Under the pieces are notes generated by a model. The model had not been told where the DNA came from, searched no databases, and worked only from the letters and a program-made list of their open reading frames with translations. Position numbers and translations under genes: made by a program. A stretch of DNA of 64,000 nucleotides. Origin: the human T2T-CHM13v2.0 reference genome, Homo sapiens. Below, in pieces: positions 60,031 to 64,000 of this stretch (positions are counted from its first letter, which is position 1; each line of letters opens with the position of its first letter). The stretch lies in NCBI RefSeq assembly GCF_009914755.1, contig NC_060926.1, one strand, 5' to 3'.

Positions 60031-61353
60031 CTATGAAGGAAACAAACCAGGAAAGTGAGACCATTTTAATAATATGAAAAACATTTTTTTAAATAAAGTG
60101 TTGCTTAAATTATTCAAAAGAGATTTACCGTTTCCTTTTCTAAGTGGAAGATAGGAGATACATAATGTAAGTTCAATAGACAAGGAAGGACCTGAGTTTA
60201 TAAAAAACTTGGCTTGAGAACCTTATGGGGAAGCTACAAAATGCAGATATCCAAAATAATACAAGGAGGAATAAAAATATGTTGGCAGCGAGCTAATAGT
60301 TTGGTTACCAAGGTAACAGAGGTAAATTTAATTGAGCAGAAAATAATCATGCTACAAGTAGCCTAAAAGGATGCCATGCACTTCTCCTTTGAGTTTAGTT
60401 TGAGTAGAGTTTGTTTTAGAGGTTGAATGGTATAACACAAAAATGTTCCATTGCATCAACTCAGTACAGGTGAAGAACACTCTAAAATGAAATAGCTAGT
60501 TATTAAAAATATAAATTGTGACATTTTAGCTAAGTACAAAGCAAACCTTGACACTGGTGTTAGCAGAGTCAGGAAGAGCAGCACTGGTCAGCACTTCTTG
60601 CATAGAAACTAAACAGCATCTGAAGCCATGTATTCATTCAGCTGAAATGATGAGCATTCCTGGATGAGTTTAGGTTTGCCTTGATTCTTGTTTCAAATAC
60701 AACTACTATACTTAATGTATTTTAAGAATAGATCATGTGAACCATGTGATTACAATATTTTCATTAAAATAACCTCAAAATAACTATATTGAGTATGTAT
60801 GTTTTCAAATGCCTGCAGATTGCCTGGAAATCCTTGGTCGGCAATACTTAGCTACTAAATAAAATATGTTCACCGTCTAGTGCCGAAACCCTTTAACAGC
60901 CCACAAAACAAGCTGGATGTCTAGAGATGCACATTTCAGACCATGTGTCCAATATACTGCACAGCCTAACAATAGGACTTTTGTGACGAAGTAATATATT
61001 CTATTTATTTTGGCTACCTATGATAGACACTTTTATAATAGCCTTTTAATGCGATAGCTACCTCTAACAAAGAAGCTAAATATTTTGTAAACATATATGC
61101 CACAGGATTTGCTAATCTATGATGAAATATAGATTAGCAAATCAATCATATCATGAGCAGCTAAGACTTACAAGTAATAACTTGGATAATAACTTCTAAT
61201 TCTCTTGCATCAAGTAGGATTACTTTAGAAGAATATGGTACAAATAATTTCAAGTAATAAGAAAATGTATTGTCTTTGAATCATGAGGAAACAATTCCCA
61301 GAAGACTTCTCTCATCTCATTGGCCACAACTGGTCACAGAGCTACCCCTAAAA

Positions 61354-61537
61354 TAGTGATTCTCAAATCATGGTCCCTACCAGCATTGTCACCTTCACTA
61401 GGAACTTGTTAGGAATGCAAAATCTCCAACCTCATAAGACACCTCCTGAATCAGAAGGTCACGGTGGGGTCCAACAATCTGTATTTTAACAAGCTCTCCA
61501 AGTAATTTTGACATACATTGAAGTTTACAAACCACTA
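61354..61537. mobile_element. MER5A hAT-Charlie MITE within an old MLT1-like fragment
   Basis: TIRs TAGTGATTCTCAAA / TTTACAAACCACTA and internal GAACTTGTTAGGAATGCAAA..TGAATCAGAA..TTTTAACAAGC. Confidence 0.8.
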
Positions 61538-61769
61538 ACTACCCTAATCCAATCACTAACAAAGGAAAGATTACTATGATGATTTAAACTATCAGAATAT
61601 ACAGCCAGAGTTGAGGATAAGGGCCTTTCCTGAGGAATTGAAAAAAATCAGTATTCAGTTGGCAAAGAAGATATCGGACAATGAGAATATGGAGGAGTGA
61701 GTGGATAATGTTGAGGAGGCAACAAATAATGTTTCCAAATTCCTTTTTCATCAAATGGTGTAATTCAGG

Positions 61770-61960
61770 AGAAAGACCGTAAGCTTTTGACTCCAAACAG
61801 ATTGATTTTGGAGACCTAATTCCACCCCTCAGTGGAATAAATGGCAAGTAATTTCATTTCCAGGCAGCTCTGCTTTCTCATCTCTGAAATTAGAATAATA
61901 ATGCTTTTCTCAAAGAGATTTTGTGACTGGGACATAGTAAGCACTGAATAAAATGTAATT
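61770..61960 (+). mobile_element. MIR fragment
   Basis: TTTCTCATCTCTGAAATTAGAATAATAAT..GGACATAGTAAGCACTGAATAAAA. Confidence 0.55.
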
Positions 61961-62280
61961 TCCCATCAAAATTGCATCAGAGCTACCAATGGGAAAGATT
62001 AACACTTTTGTGCTTTCTTTTTTATGTTATTTCTAATTAGCCAGTTTGTATGTGTTATCAAAAATATATCAAATTGTGTCTTTTTATTATTCCTTTGTAC
62101 AGCAATAGTGCCACCTCAAAATTAACTGGTTATTTTCTGAAAAATGAGCTTAGAGAAAAAGAAGCTGATTCATCTAAAGGATGGAATACTGGATTTCAAC
62201 AGACTTTTGTCTGAAGCTTTGAAACAAAAGCATTTTATTGTTTTGATTTAATATAGGCTATTTTACAACAACCCTTGTTC

Positions 62281-62459
62281 TAGGGTCACCAGATTTAGCA
62301 GAAAAAAGCTCAGGATACCCAGTTAATTTTGAATTAGATAAGCAAAGAATAATTTTTTAGTATATATCAAATATTGTATAGAAAGTATGTACGCTAAATA
62401 AAATTGTTTATCTGAAATTCAAATTTAACTGGTGTCCTGTATGTTGTCTTGCAACTCTG
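62281..62459. mobile_element. MER53 palindromic hAT MITE
   Basis: TAGGGTCACCAGATTTAGCA..CCAGTTAATTTTGAATT..GATAA mirrored by TTATCTGAAATTCAAATTTAACTGG..TCCTG..GCAACTCT. Confidence 0.85.
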
Positions 62460-63364
62460 CTAGCACTTCTGTTTTTATATTGCATGGTCTCATTGTTAAG
62501 ATAAGCTGTAGAAATCAGCTGAGATTTATCAGTAAATTTAGTCTTTCAACAATGATAAGGACAAATGGTGTCAATGTTTTCAGACTCAATTTCCTCAGGT
62601 GTGAAATTAGGCTATTGGATTAAAGAATATCTGAGGCCTCTTCTTATCTTAAAACTTTGATTCTCTGAGTGTGGAAAACACAGCATTTTTGGGATCATAT
62701 AAAAAATTGAATGATGCACTATTTTAAAGCTAAAAGTACTACACAAATATTGGTAATGGTGATGCCAGAACACCACAGCATTATATGTCTGACCACAAAA
62801 CTATTCAAAGCCTCTTTATATATTTACCCTTTGTTAAAGAGTCTCCCTTAAAAATATTGCCACAGAGGTCAATGTAAGCAATATTTGTATTTATCCTACT
62901 TTTCCAGCCTGTTGCCATTTATAAGGCCTTGAGAACTTTTCCTACTTTAGATTCCCTTCTAGTTCAGTAGAGTAAGCTACATTTATCTGTTACCAACAAA
63001 CCTAGTAATAATCCATAAGTAAAATATGTGTGGGCAAATTTGCCTCTTGTAATATCTTAATGTTCAAAAAATAGCCTCATTTTATCAATATTTTAAGTGT
63101 CAATTTTCCTCCATGTAACAAATTGGTTATATCTCAAAGGTCACTCACTTCTGCCAACCCCTGGCAAAACACTGTAGATGATATTTATTAACTTTATGTA
63201 TAGTAAAACTTGATTAAACAAAATCTGTGGTTAAATATAAGTCAAAGGAAACAGAAAAGCAAACAAATTAGTTGACTTTAATTTATAATATTCATGCTTA
63301 AGAAAACAGATTTAAAGAGAGATAATCATGAGATGAAATTAAGGCATAAGAAAATTCTAAAATA

Positions 63365-63925
63365 TAGTCACAAATCCCTTAATAATTGGGATATGTTCTG
63401 AGAAATGTGTCATTGGTGATTTCATTGTTGTCTGAACATTTTAGGGTGTACTTACACAAACCTAGATGGTATAGCCCACTGCACACCTAGGCAATATCAT
63501 ATAGCCTTTTGTTCATAGGCTACAAATCTGTACAGCTTGTTACTGTACTGAATATGGTAGCACAACGGTAAATATTTGTGTATCTAAATATAGGTAAACA
63601 TAGAAAGAGTACAGTAAAAATATTATATGAAAGGCATAAAAAATGATACAACTGTATAGAGAATTTACCATGAATGGAGCTTGCAGGACTGGAAGTTGCT
63701 CTTGGTGAGTCAATGAATGAGTGGTGCGTGAATGGGAAGGCCTAGTATATTACTTTACATTTCTGTAGCTTCCATAAATACTACACATAGCCTACCCTGA
63801 ATTTACAAAAAAGATCTTTCTTCAATAATAAATTAACCTTAGCTTACCATAATATTTTGACTTTATAAACTCTTTAATTTTTTTTTAAATTTTTGACTGC
63901 TTCATAATAATGCTTAAACCAAACA
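63365..63925 (+). mobile_element. Tigger3 (MER7B/C-like) DNA transposon fragment
   Basis: GGGATATGTTCTGAGAAATGTGTC..TACTTACACAAACCTAGATGGTATAGCC..CATGAATGGAGCTTGCAGGACTGGAAGTTGCTC. Confidence 0.85.
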
Positions 63926-64000
63926 TAACAGAAAATGATGTAGTCAAGAGACCAGGTAAACATTGAAATGAATGAGGTTGTTGATGGGGTAACATAGCAT

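Noticed and set aside
61106-61143. loxP/FRT-like geometry (arms plus 8-nt spacer) suggesting a recombinase site
   Set aside because: The arms do not match loxP or FRT and no recombinase is encoded. Only the palindrome itself is reported.
62281-62459. MER53 hairpin as a miR-1302 family precursor
   Set aside because: The segment corresponding to the mature miRNA (TTGGGACATACTTATGCTAAA, recalled) is heavily degenerate here.

Overview
AT-rich primate (human or ape-like) non-coding genomic DNA made mostly of interspersed repeats. I cannot support any host protein-coding exon, RNA gene or CpG island, and almost all listed ORFs are repeat-derived or random. The two dominant features are both on the + strand. 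One is a structurally complete but decayed HERV-L provirus (36852-43552: two ~550-bp MLT2A-type LTRs, tRNA-Leu PBS, gag-pro-RT-RNaseH-IN-dUTPase, no env). The other is a full-length but dead L1PA4-like LINE-1 (~50592-56730) with a perfect 15-bp TSD, the pre-deletion ZNF93 segment and an open, C-terminally extended antisense ORF0. The rest comprises nine Alus plus a FLAM monomer, THE1/MLT1/MLT2 LTRs, old L1M/L2/MIR fragments and MER/Tigger DNA transposon fossils. I found no evidence for a new biological system. The most notable oddities are molecular scars: perfect short inverted repeats (4483, 52703, 61106), a fold-back insertion that kills L1 ORF2, a tail-less L1 fragment with a direct repeat, and a possible G-to-A excess in HERV-L. 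Subfamily names come from my recall of consensus sequences, not from a RepeatMasker run, and boundaries of old repeats are approximate.
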